The notes beneath the pieces were generated by a model. The model did no database searches, was not told the origin of the DNA, and saw only the letters and a list, made by a program, of their open reading frames with translations. Below are positions 48,221 through 58,458 of a stretch of DNA of 64,000 nt, in pieces. Origin of the DNA: a virus. The stretch's first letter is position 1. Each line of letters begins with the position of its first letter. The translations under genes and the position numbers were made by a program. The DNA lies in IMG/VR virus record IMGVR_UViG_3300031857_011362, positions 32,001-96,000 of that record; one strand, 5' to 3'.

Positions 48221-49674
48221 CTTAATTTTTTATATTTGTAATTTGTAATGAATCTATTCATATTGTCAGACTCATCATTACACCATTTAATCTTAATAAT
48301 ATCAGCAACATTATTAGTATTGTGCTCAATAAACCCTGATACGAAGTTAAACCCAGTGCAATTAAAATTATCCGAGAACACAATGTCGTAGAAATTCTGC
48401 ATAATGTCAATAGCAGTTAATTGATCCATACCGTCATGCTCCCAAATAGTGACTTCTTCTAGTCCGGGATAAAAGCTAATGATATCTGGTTTCTTATCTA
48501 CCTTTTTCTTTCTTATACCGTACTTTTCTAAGTTCTTAGAAAACTCACTTAGATTAGACATTTGTGAATTATACTCTGGTATTTCTAAGTACCATGATGT
48601 AACACTTTGATCTTGCCAATTTTGCACACACCAGTCAATACCATCTTGAAACGTTTCTGGAGTTTCCTTAGGTAATCCGCAAATAAGACTGACAGTACCT
48701 CGATACATATTATGCGGTTCAAAGAAGTTTCTTGCATCAAGTAGTCCTTGTTTAAGTTTGACAGGATTCATTCCCTTACCTATAATTTTCCCGGCTTGAT
48801 GATTAAATGTTTCTACTCCGTAAAAATGTCCACCAAGTCCCATAGCTAACATTTTGTCCCAGTGACTGCGTTGATTTACTAACAAGTCAGCTCTCATAAA
48901 TGCCATAAACCATGGTTTAAAATTCAAACTGGATACAGCATCAGAATACTTTTCAATTTTCTCTATACGGTCATTGAATGTTTCGTCTGCAATAGTATAG
49001 TTTTTAACACCCCATTCATCGTAATTAAACATTAATTCATCTTTAATATCGTCTCTGGATCTAGAAGTATCTTCTTTAACTCCCAATATTGGAAAATTAC
49101 AGAAATCACATTTGAACTTACAGCCACGACTCGTTTCAATAGTAAGCATTTCAAACGATTCAATAAAGTCTCGTTTCTCATGTGTGTTTCTGTATGTAGG
49201 TAGATTCCATGCAGGAAAGTTATGTAGTGCTCTAATTACTTTTCTACCTTGATAATCTTCAAACTGTAATCCAGTGTGAAATATCAGATTTCCTGAGATA
49301 TGTCTACATAACTCTAGCATTGCAACTTCTCCAAAGCTGTCTACCCAGTAGTCAATGTTTTGTGCAGGTGTAATTAAACATCCGTGACCACCCAGTATCG
49401 TTGGGATGTTTGGATAAGTTTCTTTAAGCCATTTAGTAAAGTTATTAGTGTCTTCCGGCCACCAATTAATAAACGAACTAAATCCAAAGAATTTAGTATT
49501 AGAATTAACTCTGCTACGAACAAATTCTTTTAGTTCATCAAGTGTAAACTCAATAGCAAAGTCAAGTACTTCAATATCCCAGTTACTGGCTCTTAGATAA
49601 GAAGCTATACGATGTGCACCGGTCCCCCTGTGCCCACGCTCTTTTCTGTAACTAAACATTAACCCGTGATGCAT
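48208..49674 (-). CDS. B12-binding (class B-like) radical SAM protein
   Basis: N-terminal cobalamin-binding Rossmann region (FGFSS..ILGG); ETSRGCKFKCDFC..ADETF..GVETF..LICGLPKET. Confidence 0.85.
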   Translation of the reverse strand: MHHGLMFSYRKERGHRGTGAHRIASYLRASNWDIEVLDFAIEFTLDELKEFVRSRVNSNTKFFGFSSFINWWPEDTNNFTKWLKETYPNIPTILGGHGCLITPAQNIDYWVDSFGEVAMLELCRHISGNLIFHTGLQFEDYQGRKVIRALHNFPAWNLPTYRNTHEKRDFIESFEMLTIETSRGCKFKCDFCNFPILGVKEDTSRSRDDIKDELMFNYDEWGVKNYTIADETFNDRIEKIEKYSDAVSSLNFKPWFMAFMRADLLVNQRSHWDKMLAMGLGGHFYGVETFNHQAGKIIGKGMNPVKLKQGLLDARNFFEPHNMYRGTVSLICGLPKETPETFQDGIDWCVQNWQDQSVTSWYLEIPEYNSQMSNLSEFSKNLEKYGIRKKKVDKKPDIISFYPGLEEVTIWEHDGMDQLTAIDIMQNFYDIVFSDNFNCTGFNFVSGFIEHNTNNVADIIKIKWCNDESDNMNRFITNYKYKKLSWKL

Positions 49675-50735
49675 TACACTAACCTATATTGTTCAGGTAC
49701 CGTATCTAATAAAGGTAATTTATTATTAACTAATCTATCACGCAATAACACTTGATGCACCAATGGCGATATTGGCATGCCGGGCAACATATCAGCCCAA
49801 GACTCAGTTTGTGTTTCTACTAAGTCAAGTGTTTTGATATCAGGCCATTGTATTAGTTTAACTAATACTCCGTTGATTTCTACAGGGTAATGAGCACGAA
49901 TTCCCAGTTCGGGTCTAGGATTAAATGTCCAATTATTCTTTTCTGCTATGGTACGACTATTTTTCACTAAATCACTCATAAACATCTTATCCTGTACAGG
50001 ACTTCTTCCAATCTCGGTGCCTACACGTATACGATACATTTTGCAATATTGTTTTTCTTTGTTAAATTTCTGTATTTCTTCTAAGCAATACTCTAATTGG
50101 TGATATCCTTCAAGCGTATAGCTAATGTTCTTTATTGACATGTTTCTAGCTTTACAATTTTCAATACCTTGTATTTGTTTTCGTCTAACAGTGTGACCCT
50201 GATAATCCGGATGATTTAATCCAAATGTAAAGTGAACATTATTAAATTCTGTAAATTCATCAATGTATTCTTCTTTACTAAGTCTAACGCCGTTAGTCAA
50301 AATCATGATAGGTCTTATAGATACTTCATTGATTGCACGAATAAGATCGGGTAAATCTTCTCTAACTGTGGGTTCAGCACCCATTAATACAACAGATTGG
50401 TTACCGGGCCAGTTCTTAATCTGAGCTATAATGCTTTCAATGCTTGGGTCTTTGCTGGTACTGTCGGGCAATTGATAACAATGCGGGCATGTTAAATTGC
50501 ATCTATTTGTTATATCCAAGCATATAGCATCTAAGAATGTTTTTAATTCACGTTTTGGATACTGATAATTTAAATAAAATTCTGAGTCAGGATCAACTAA
50601 ATGTGTCTCTCCGATATGATTTGGGCATTTCTTTTTCAAGTACACTCTACCATCTTTTTCAAATAACTCAGCAGGTATATGTTTACTGCATGTAGTACAT
50701 AAACTAGTGGTGTGGTGTATGTGATTGATTGTCAT
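49674..50735 (-). CDS. Radical SAM protein with N-terminal SLC..C..KKCPxH extension
   Basis: CNLTCPHC, MGAEPT; N-terminus like the MJ0619-type pterin methyltransferase rSAM group. Confidence 0.85.
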   Translation of the reverse strand: MTINHIHHTTSLCTTCSKHIPAELFEKDGRVYLKKKCPNHIGETHLVDPDSEFYLNYQYPKRELKTFLDAICLDITNRCNLTCPHCYQLPDSTSKDPSIESIIAQIKNWPGNQSVVLMGAEPTVREDLPDLIRAINEVSIRPIMILTNGVRLSKEEYIDEFTEFNNVHFTFGLNHPDYQGHTVRRKQIQGIENCKARNMSIKNISYTLEGYHQLEYCLEEIQKFNKEKQYCKMYRIRVGTEIGRSPVQDKMFMSDLVKNSRTIAEKNNWTFNPRPELGIRAHYPVEINGVLVKLIQWPDIKTLDLVETQTESWADMLPGMPISPLVHQVLLRDRLVNNKLPLLDTVPEQYRLV

Positions 50736-50739
50736 ATAT

Positions 50740-50770
50740 TATTTATGTTCTATGTCTAACCTTATAAATA
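50740..50770. promoter_or_regulatory. Back-to-back divergent late promoter boxes
   Basis: TATTTA 50740-45 (4 nt from minus ATG); TATAAATA 50763-70. Confidence 0.7.
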
Positions 50771-50777
50771 TTATGCA

Positions 50778-51461
50778 ATGAACTATCAATATTATTATAA
50801 CAACGTCCCGGGTGTTGGGTTAACTAGAAACAATTTAATCTATACCAGTCTTATTTCTGACGATAAAAAGACATTTGTACAATGGTACTACAATGATTCT
50901 GTATATCATGCTGGACAAAATGAAGTAATTGATTCAGATAAAATGGAAGAAAAATGGCAACGGGAAGTAAAGTATTTGTCTTTAATGAGAGACCAACACC
51001 CTGACTTAGTACCCAAAATCAATGACATAGATTACGCCAATAAAAAAATCTATTTAAGTATAGATGGTATTGATTTTTGGAATCGTGCTGAATGCTCATC
51101 TGATAATTATGATAATGTATTACCTGATTGGCAAGAACAAATGCTTGAGATTTTTAATGCTCATAAAGCCTTAGGTGTACACAAATATTCAATGCATCCT
51201 AGTAGTTACTTTATAGTAGACGGTCAGCTTAAAAGTTTCAATTACTTTTTCACATACCATAATACAGAACCCTGTGTTAGTGTAAAGGATGTTCAAAGTC
51301 ATATACACAGTAATAGACAAGTAGAAATACGTAAGCATTTAGAAAGTTTAGGAATTGAATGGGATGTGCCGCAACCATGGCCATTAATGGATAAATTATG
51401 TTGGAACAGTTTTAGAACTAATTACCCTGAAGACTTCATTACTAAGGCTTTAAATGTATAG
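50778..51461 (+). CDS. Protein-kinase-like fold protein (degenerate)
   Basis: WQREVKYL..VPKI..HKYSMHPSS..KSFNYF; paralog of 44604. Confidence 0.55.
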   Translation: MNYQYYYNNVPGVGLTRNNLIYTSLISDDKKTFVQWYYNDSVYHAGQNEVIDSDKMEEKWQREVKYLSLMRDQHPDLVPKINDIDYANKKIYLSIDGIDFWNRAECSSDNYDNVLPDWQEQMLEIFNAHKALGVHKYSMHPSSYFIVDGQLKSFNYFFTYHNTEPCVSVKDVQSHIHSNRQVEIRKHLESLGIEWDVPQPWPLMDKLCWNSFRTNYPEDFITKALNV

Positions 51462-52005
51462 AATTGTTCCTTTTTCGGACGATTTAGATTTAGAAGAATT
51501 TTATATTAAAGCTCTTGCCCGAGGCTATAAAAACAACAGTAGTAAATTCTGGATTAAAGATTGCTTTCGCAACGAACAGAGTAGTCAAACTTGGATACTA
51601 TATTATAATAGTAACCCGGTTGGGTCTGTCGTAGCACACACGTTCCCCGAGATGGGCTCTAAATCATACAGAATAGCGGCTAGAACCTGTGTGCTTACTG
51701 ATGATATACCCACGCCGTCATTAAGAACAAGAAATCAAATTATCACACATCAACATGCTACTGCGCAGTTTTTAATTCCGTCATGCATTGAATGGGCAGG
51801 TAAAGAAAATGATTTGTATATTACTTCCAACAACCTAGAAAGTGGAAGTCAAAGACTAGTACACAACATATATTTTCCTTCTATGGCTAAATCAGGGCAA
51901 GTAACCCGTATTTGTGAACTAGAGTATCGAGGATCTATGCAAACAGTTTGGAAATTATGTGTAGATAGATTCTATGAAGAACTTAACAAACACCCTAGAT
52001 GGTAG
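51454..52005 (+). CDS. GNAT-like acyltransferase
   Basis: VGSVVAH..YRIAAR..LIPSCIEWA..LYITSN beta-alpha pattern. Confidence 0.5.
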   Translation: MYRIVPFSDDLDLEEFYIKALARGYKNNSSKFWIKDCFRNEQSSQTWILYYNSNPVGSVVAHTFPEMGSKSYRIAARTCVLTDDIPTPSLRTRNQIITHQHATAQFLIPSCIEWAGKENDLYITSNNLESGSQRLVHNIYFPSMAKSGQVTRICELEYRGSMQTVWKLCVDRFYEELNKHPRW

Positions 52006-52593
52006 TTAGATAGTTAAATTTAGATTATAGATATCGTCAAATTGATCGGTATCACACACAATAATTATGTGTGCTCTAGTCACATGACCGCAATTTATAG
52101 TTCCGTGTCTTTGCTTAACATCTAGTATATAAGCACTGCCCGGATACATATGATCGAACCCATAGTCAGTTACCCACCAATGTGTCTCGTCTGCGATAAT
52201 TGGAATATGTATTTTAATTTTGTTTTCTTGGTCAGTGTGAGGGGTTACTATGGTAGCTGGCGGGGCAATAGCTACAATACTTCTGTGTGCTGTAGGAAAT
52301 GACTCAATTGCTTTAGCCGCCCAATCTACGCAACATCCGGTGTTTTTGTATAGTTTATAATCCCCTACTGTATTGTTTTCAAATGCATGATATGTTTGAT
52401 TGACGTTCTCATATATAGTTTGAAGTCCCCAGCCGTATGCTTGATGGTCTGCCCACGGATTTTCACATGCACATCCTCCCATACCCACCCACTTTTGACT
52501 TTGAAATTCATTTTCTAAACGCTTGTAGAAGTTTAGTGCGGCATCAACGTCAATAACAATGTTTGGTATTTTCGTAATCGTTTTTCTTTGCAT
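52006..52593 (-). CDS. Asp/Asn beta-hydroxylase-like oxygenase
   Basis: PP...PHTD..KIHIPI..HGTINCG..RAHII. Confidence 0.75.
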   Translation of the reverse strand: MQRKTITKIPNIVIDVDAALNFYKRLENEFQSQKWVGMGGCACENPWADHQAYGWGLQTIYENVNQTYHAFENNTVGDYKLYKNTGCCVDWAAKAIESFPTAHRSIVAIAPPATIVTPHTDQENKIKIHIPIIADETHWWVTDYGFDHMYPGSAYILDVKQRHGTINCGHVTRAHIIIVCDTDQFDDIYNLNLTI

Positions 52594-52601
52594 GTTAAAT
52601 C

Positions 52602-53159
52602 CTAATGTAAATCTACCCAAACTCCGTTTGCATAACCTTGGAATTTGTGAGTATCATCATTGTACACAATCATTCCGTTTTTGGGTTGTATACTATTTAT
52701 AGACAAAGTACTTTGTTCGATGCATTGAACCATTTTAGTTTCAAACCCACCGTCTTTATTGAATCTCCAGCCCCTATAATCGTCTAATATCTCACCCTGC
52801 CCGTCGCCTGCACCAACAAGGATACTTAAACTACTTGCGGGTGCATTGTCGGTTTTGTCAGCAGTGGGATCCATTCTTGAAAGTAGTGACACTAGACTTT
52901 TGCTAATGTCATCGTTATTTTCGTTAGAATAAGTAGTGAAACTCAACGTTACGCCATAGTCACCCGGGTGTAGTGCCTCAGGTTCGTCAATAGTTCCACG
53001 CACTGCATGTATCTCGACCCTAGGCTTATCGCCTCCTGCAACACCAACCATACGCACTACTCTATTACTATTAGACTGTAATATGACCCCTTTGTCTGTG
53101 CTTACAGTCAAATGCTGGTCATTGGCATTAATAACATCTACTGATATTTCTTTTTTCAT
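52602..53159 (-). CDS. Structural/fibre-fragment-like protein
   Basis: RGTxxxPxALxxGD and C-terminal PKNGMIVYNDDTHKFQGYANGVWVDLH motifs typical of phage virion proteins. Confidence 0.55.
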   Translation of the reverse strand: MKKEISVDVINANDQHLTVSTDKGVILQSNSNRVVRMVGVAGGDKPRVEIHAVRGTIDEPEALHPGDYGVTLSFTTYSNENNDDISKSLVSLLSRMDPTADKTDNAPASSLSILVGAGDGQGEILDDYRGWRFNKDGGFETKMVQCIEQSTLSINSIQPKNGMIVYNDDTHKFQGYANGVWVDLH

Positions 53160-53812
53160 ACCAACACTTCATGGTTATGGTATTTGCCAGTTACATTTTG
53201 TTCTATGCAAGCCTTGTCAAACTTTTGTTTCCATTCATCAGTGCAGTCTAGTCGATGAATGATTAAGTGAAATCTATCCTCATTGCTATTATTGATAACC
53301 GAATGAGGGTAATGTATGTTCATCACATACGATTTCCCGGGTTCCATAAACAATGTTTCTTTATCTCCCCACTGCCATAAACAGTCTACGGGATTACTAA
53401 GGCTTATGTTTGTGTTATCTAATAGTGGTACCCTAGAATCCATGTGTTCTGAGATATAACCACCGGCTTCTACTAACATAAATCTAACTCTACCAAACAT
53501 GTTGCTAGGGAAACGATTTTTAACAAAGTCTACAGTGACAGGACATTGCTTAGATAATTCTGTCCACTGCATATCTTTCACTACTTCTTCAATATCGGTA
53601 TATCCGTAGTCTTTCCAATGCCCCGACTTATGTTCATCTAGTCCGTGTAATACAAGACTGCGCCAGCCTTTATGGTCATAACTTCCGGGTCTGTGTGTCA
53701 CAAAATGTTCTTTAAGTGCCTTAGCCTCAGCTAGCATACCCAAATAGTCTATGTCAAAATCTAAGATAAGATATTTGGAATCTGATATGAAATAGTCTTT
53801 GAGTAGGGTCAT
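53156..53812 (-). CDS. Asp/Asn beta-hydroxylase-like oxygenase
   Basis: RVRFM..GGYISEHMD..HSVIN..RFHLIIH; start reassigned to ATG 53812 behind a TAAATA box. Confidence 0.78.
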   Translation of the reverse strand: MTLLKDYFISDSKYLILDFDIDYLGMLAEAKALKEHFVTHRPGSYDHKGWRSLVLHGLDEHKSGHWKDYGYTDIEEVVKDMQWTELSKQCPVTVDFVKNRFPSNMFGRVRFMLVEAGGYISEHMDSRVPLLDNTNISLSNPVDCLWQWGDKETLFMEPGKSYVMNIHYPHSVINNSNEDRFHLIIHRLDCTDEWKQKFDKACIEQNVTGKYHNHEVLV

Positions 53813-53832
53813 TAATTTTATTCTCTTATCAA

Positions 53833-53845
53833 TATTTATTAAATA
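53833..53845. promoter_or_regulatory. Adjacent divergent late promoter boxes
   Basis: TATTTA 53833-38 and TAAATA 53840-45 (5 nt before ATG 53851). Confidence 0.65.
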
Positions 53846-53850
53846 TGCGT

Positions 53851-55251
53851 ATGCTACAGAAAATTCACACCAACCACCATGCAAAATCGATATTAATTTG
53901 CATACATGATATTTTAAATGATTGTCAATCTGATTGGTCAAGAGAGATAGCTAAAAATTTATCCGACTATATGGTTAATCGTTTCTTAAAATACGGTTAT
54001 GATGTGTGTATAGGAACCGATGAAAATGAATTATTGAGCCATGGATTAGACCAATATAGTCATGCTGTCATTATAGCTACTGGTACTAGCCCTAAGTTGT
54101 CGGATAGACTGATAGGTGCAATAGAAGACAAGTGTATGGAAGATTTTTACCTAGCAGGACATGTATTAGATAGAAAAGAAAAGTATTTTGAACTACACCA
54201 TCAATTCTATATAGTAAATTTAAAAACCCATGCTGAGTTAGGATGCCCAATTATTGGTGATGTATCTGATAATACACATACCTTAACTAAACCCATATCA
54301 GATAGTAATGATGATTATATTGCCCAAGTACTGAAATGTGGCACAGAAGACTACTCATACTCTGGGGTTATGCATGGTTGGAATATATTATCTACTGCAT
54401 TAGAACATAATAAACCTATTATTGATTTGGGCAATGATATACGAAACAACAAGAAATATTTCTATTATGAATACGACCATGTATTTTTAAAAGAGTCTAC
54501 GTCTTTATATTACAATCAGTATTTCTTCAATAACTTTGTAGTCCCGTTCAACAGCGATAGATTAAGCGAAAACTTAGTATTTGAAGGACCAATAGAACAA
54601 TATATAACTTTAGGTACAGGTATTAATTGGGTTGAAAATCTACACAAGGTTGGCTTTACAGAATCTACCGTTGTGTATTTTACAGATATCAATCCATTGG
54701 TTTTACAATTTATGCAGTCTATGGTAAAAGAATGGGACGGGGAAGATTATGTAGATTTTTACATGTCAAAGAATTTTATAATCCCAAATAATATTCAGTA
54801 TGATTATGATAGCTATATGGAACAAACTAGAAGCCAATGGCTTGCATTCAGAGTTAATAATCCCGACTGGTTGACTAAATGGAATAATATACGCGGTCTT
54901 ACTTTCAAATTCATATCTATTGATTACATGAGTGAATACAACTTTGATTGGTTTGATAGTAACAAAAAAACAATTTTTAATGCCAGTGATATGTTTGACC
55001 ATGTCCCGGTTATCTTTCAGCAAAGTATGAAGTATAGAATAGCGGCAGAGAATCGCTTTATTACTAGGCTTCAAGAAAAAGATCCCAACTTATACTTACT
55101 TTGGACAAGTCGAGCCTGCACTGAGTTTATGAAAACTAGTGATGCCCCTAAGTTTCAAACAATATGTGAAGTTAATGTAGTTGACATAGAACAAATTGTT
55201 CGACCATATTGGCATAAGGACGATTGGAATACATTAAGACCATTGGTCTAA
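53851..55251 (+). CDS. Hypothetical enzyme-like protein
   Basis: About 466-aa ORF; C-terminal half has a Rossmann-like YITLGTG..FTDIN segment. Confidence 0.55.
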   Translation: MLQKIHTNHHAKSILICIHDILNDCQSDWSREIAKNLSDYMVNRFLKYGYDVCIGTDENELLSHGLDQYSHAVIIATGTSPKLSDRLIGAIEDKCMEDFYLAGHVLDRKEKYFELHHQFYIVNLKTHAELGCPIIGDVSDNTHTLTKPISDSNDDYIAQVLKCGTEDYSYSGVMHGWNILSTALEHNKPIIDLGNDIRNNKKYFYYEYDHVFLKESTSLYYNQYFFNNFVVPFNSDRLSENLVFEGPIEQYITLGTGINWVENLHKVGFTESTVVYFTDINPLVLQFMQSMVKEWDGEDYVDFYMSKNFIIPNNIQYDYDSYMEQTRSQWLAFRVNNPDWLTKWNNIRGLTFKFISIDYMSEYNFDWFDSNKKTIFNASDMFDHVPVIFQQSMKYRIAAENRFITRLQEKDPNLYLLWTSRACTEFMKTSDAPKFQTICEVNVVDIEQIVRPYWHKDDWNTLRPLV

Positions 55252-55255
55252 TGTT

Positions 55256-55927
55256 TTATATTAGTGAAGACTCAACTAAACATTCTTTAATGTCTTTTGC
55301 TATTTGTTCATGTGTTAGTGGACCTGGGTGACAATTATCTAATGCGTAATCTACAAAATTCCCTACTATTAACTTAATATCCTTATAAGGTATTTTAACG
55401 TATTTGGGTTTATAATCTCTTAAGCTGTCATAATCTACAAAGAAATTATAATGCGGAACATTTATACTAGATAGATATAAATTAGCATGATGTACATGTA
55501 ACCAAGTCCTCATTATTAAATCAGTGTCATTGTGGGCCAACATCCAGTCTTTTGATAGACCATCATGGGCCCAAGATCCAACATGCACTGCCATATCAGC
55601 GTGGTCTATTTTTTTACTAAAAAACTCTAACGTCGGGTTGTACTTTTCGTGGAATATCATATCCCTACTATGAAAACTCCACATTACCACACATAGTGAG
55701 TCATTATTAAAGTTAGTGTTGAGTATTCTATGCAATATTGCAAGATTGCTAAACCCCGGCCCACTACGGTTGACCATGTTGTATTCTAAATCTTTTGCTA
55801 GTAAAGACGGCCACGCATATTGACTACATACTGAGCCAACCGTATAATCATTACCCTGCTTCATCCAGCAGTCTTCTAAGCCGTGACCGTATGTATATGA
55901 ATCTCCAAAAGCAAATAGTGTTCTCAT
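55256..55927 (-). CDS. SGNH/GDSL hydrolase-like protein
   Basis: FGDSYT block I, G.SN block II, D..HP block V. Confidence 0.75.
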   Translation of the reverse strand: MRTLFAFGDSYTYGHGLEDCWMKQGNDYTVGSVCSQYAWPSLLAKDLEYNMVNRSGPGFSNLAILHRILNTNFNNDSLCVVMWSFHSRDMIFHEKYNPTLEFFSKKIDHADMAVHVGSWAHDGLSKDWMLAHNDTDLIMRTWLHVHHANLYLSSINVPHYNFFVDYDSLRDYKPKYVKIPYKDIKLIVGNFVDYALDNCHPGPLTHEQIAKDIKECLVESSLI

Positions 55928-56916
55928 AATTTTTCTTTTGGTATCTTACTGTCAGCACTAGAGACACATGAAGGTGTAGTACAAATTACCGGTTTGTCAA
56001 AGATAGTAAAACCTTTACTTAGTGACCCTAACGGTGTATCACTGCAACTATAACTACGTTTTACTTCATCACTGCGTATCACTATGCCCTGATACCCACT
56101 ATTACACATCCATCCTTCAAACTTGTTGAATCCAAATGCATTGAATCGTTCTGCTTGATCTAGCCAGTGCACCTTGTTTGTATCATCTATTAGTTTAACT
56201 TGTAGTACAGGCTCATCATTTGCCTGTTGAGGAAATCCATTACGCATGATTTGTATCATTTCATCAGTATACCCACTAACAACAAAACTAGCAGTAGGAT
56301 CACTCTGTGGCTTAAGTGTGACATTGATCCCACGTTTATGAAAACGTTGTAGTCGTTCATAGCTTTCCCAAAAGAATTCAGGAACCATAACTTGATTGAC
56401 TGTTACATAGACTTGTTCCTGCATCAATGCTAGAATCTTATCTCCAAACTCGTTCTCTTTGGCAAACTCTGCATGAAAACTAGCAGTTAGGCTTCTACGT
56501 TGTAATAGACTAGTAGCTTTATCCCAACGTAGCCACCAATTGATACTGGGCGACAGATTGGTAGTCATGTGGACACTTTGATAACCTTCGACTGGACCTT
56601 CATCTAAGTGTTGAGTGAGTTCTAGCAAATGCTTATATGCTGTGGGTTCTCCACCACTAAAGCTCCAGTGAAACTTGTTAAACCCATTACGTCTAGCTTG
56701 TTCTTTGATACTGTCAATAGAGTTCTTGTATATTTGTAAATCTTGATGGTCTGGCACATTGCTATTAGCATATGGCCAGCAATAGCTACAGCTATAATTA
56801 CAGAATCTTCCAAGTATCCAGCTAACGGTGAATAAGTCCATGTCAAGCATATTTGCTTGCCCAAACTTAACTATCCTATCGAATGGAATATCACTGAAGT
56901 TGTTTTGTGTACTCAT
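55924..56916 (-). CDS. Radical SAM protein
   Basis: CNYSCSYC, FSGGEP, C-terminal CNSG..C..C..C...AD; paralog of 41048. Confidence 0.92.
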   Translation of the reverse strand: MSTQNNFSDIPFDRIVKFGQANMLDMDLFTVSWILGRFCNYSCSYCWPYANSNVPDHQDLQIYKNSIDSIKEQARRNGFNKFHWSFSGGEPTAYKHLLELTQHLDEGPVEGYQSVHMTTNLSPSINWWLRWDKATSLLQRRSLTASFHAEFAKENEFGDKILALMQEQVYVTVNQVMVPEFFWESYERLQRFHKRGINVTLKPQSDPTASFVVSGYTDEMIQIMRNGFPQQANDEPVLQVKLIDDTNKVHWLDQAERFNAFGFNKFEGWMCNSGYQGIVIRSDEVKRSYSCSDTPLGSLSKGFTIFDKPVICTTPSCVSSADSKIPKEKL

Positions 56917-58432
56917 CGTGTAGCCATTCGTAGTTGTTGATTAGTTTAAGTTTTTCGTTATCGTTTTTGTTTGCTTCGCCATATAGCTTGCCCATCAATG
57001 CACCTCGAATTGTCTCACGACCGTATTGTTCTTCAGCACCAACACTGCACCACGTGAACAGTCTGTCTAATGTTTCACTTGATTGTTGCCTGTCAATAAC
57101 TTGGCTAGATAGTTTGACACATTCACGGAAAGCAGTACGCCAAGAACTAAACTCATCTGTGTTAAACTTGTGTATGTTGCTTATGATGTGTACAGGCTCA
57201 TACAGTGTGCTAATGCTGGTAGTCATATCTACTTTATCAGTACTCATACGCATGGTAGCAAGACGAGGAAGCAGTTTAATTCCACCGTGACCGTATACTA
57301 ATTTGTTTACAGGATTGATAGAACGAAATACTCTGACAGTAGGTTGTTCGTAAAACTTCACATCATTGTATACAAAGTTAAAATCATCGTGTATGATTGC
57401 ATCACCATCTACTACCCAAAAGTAATCAGTCTGACACATCTTTGCCGCACGTATGTGTGCATTGTGTATACCCTGAACCCCACTCAATACTTTAGTACGG
57501 GGGAAACGTTCTTTAACTTTGTTGAAATTTTCTTCTGCTTCGGGTTCGTTGTTGTGAATGAATACAATATCATACTTTGGGGTATAGTTTACAGGGCTAC
57601 GTGTTGGGTTAGTAATACGGGTCCTGTAATCACTACATACCCAACCTTGTAGTGCTATCCCGATGTTATTATCGTTGGTCTTTTCTTTTATCAATATACC
57701 TAGTACATTTACTTCTTCTAATAATGTCCCTGGCATTACATTTGTCATATGCTCAAACAGTTTATCAAGGAATGAAAAATTCTTAACGTTGTTTGAACCG
57801 TCCCAGTAATTGACCTTGAGCATAAAGTAAGCTAGTCTTGCACCATAAACAGCGTATAGTCCGTTCTCTATATCTTCGCCAATGTGCATCCAACGCCATA
57901 TCCTATCATAATTACGCCAGTCTATGTTATCATCACGTGTGAGTTTTATGACTTCACGGAAGCCTGCACGCCATGCTTGTAGTGGGCTAGCATTAATGTG
58001 CAAATCGCTACCTATATTGTTTAGTTCTATGTACTTGTTTAACACAAAGTCAATGCTATCGTCATCACCGTTTTCGTGTGTACGCATTTCTATGATATGT
58101 TTAACAGGCCAGCATTTGATACCACCATTTCCATAACTAGTGCCATTGACAATGTTATATCCTGCATAGCTTATAACATCCTCATCCGAATACTCTATAT
58201 CAATATCAGTTGTATAGAAGTCATCTCTGACCCAATTGTCTCCGTCAATGATGACAACACGGTCAGTTGTTGCTAGTTTAGCACATTCTTTGTGTGCAGT
58301 ATCACTACCCTCTACCCCATGCACTCTTAGAGCATTTGGGTTTAGAGTTAATAAATGTTGATAGTTTTCTTCACAGTTTGGTTCATCATAGCTTAGAAAC
58401 ACTGTGGTATAGTCTGAGGGATTAAATCGCAT
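56891..58432 (-). CDS. Tandem two-domain GT-A glycosyltransferase-like protein
   Basis: Two homologous halves (FLSYDEP..VHGVEG..IIDGD / FIHNNEP..GVQG..VVDGD), each with GHGG/NGG..WR..FRE..KL. Confidence 0.65.
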   Translation of the reverse strand: MRFNPSDYTTVFLSYDEPNCEENYQHLLTLNPNALRVHGVEGSDTAHKECAKLATTDRVVIIDGDNWVRDDFYTTDIDIEYSDEDVISYAGYNIVNGTSYGNGGIKCWPVKHIIEMRTHENGDDDSIDFVLNKYIELNNIGSDLHINASPLQAWRAGFREVIKLTRDDNIDWRNYDRIWRWMHIGEDIENGLYAVYGARLAYFMLKVNYWDGSNNVKNFSFLDKLFEHMTNVMPGTLLEEVNVLGILIKEKTNDNNIGIALQGWVCSDYRTRITNPTRSPVNYTPKYDIVFIHNNEPEAEENFNKVKERFPRTKVLSGVQGIHNAHIRAAKMCQTDYFWVVDGDAIIHDDFNFVYNDVKFYEQPTVRVFRSINPVNKLVYGHGGIKLLPRLATMRMSTDKVDMTTSISTLYEPVHIISNIHKFNTDEFSSWRTAFRECVKLSSQVIDRQQSSETLDRLFTWCSVGAEEQYGRETIRGALMGKLYGEANKNDNEKLKLINNYEWLHDEYTKQLQ

Positions 58433-58437
58433 GACTG

Positions 58438-58454
58438 TATTTATAATGTAAATA
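58438..58454. promoter_or_regulatory. Back-to-back divergent late promoter boxes
   Basis: TATTTATA 58438-45 (5 nt from minus ATG); TAAATA 58449-54 (4 nt before ATG 58459). Confidence 0.75.
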
Positions 58455-58458
58455 TGTC

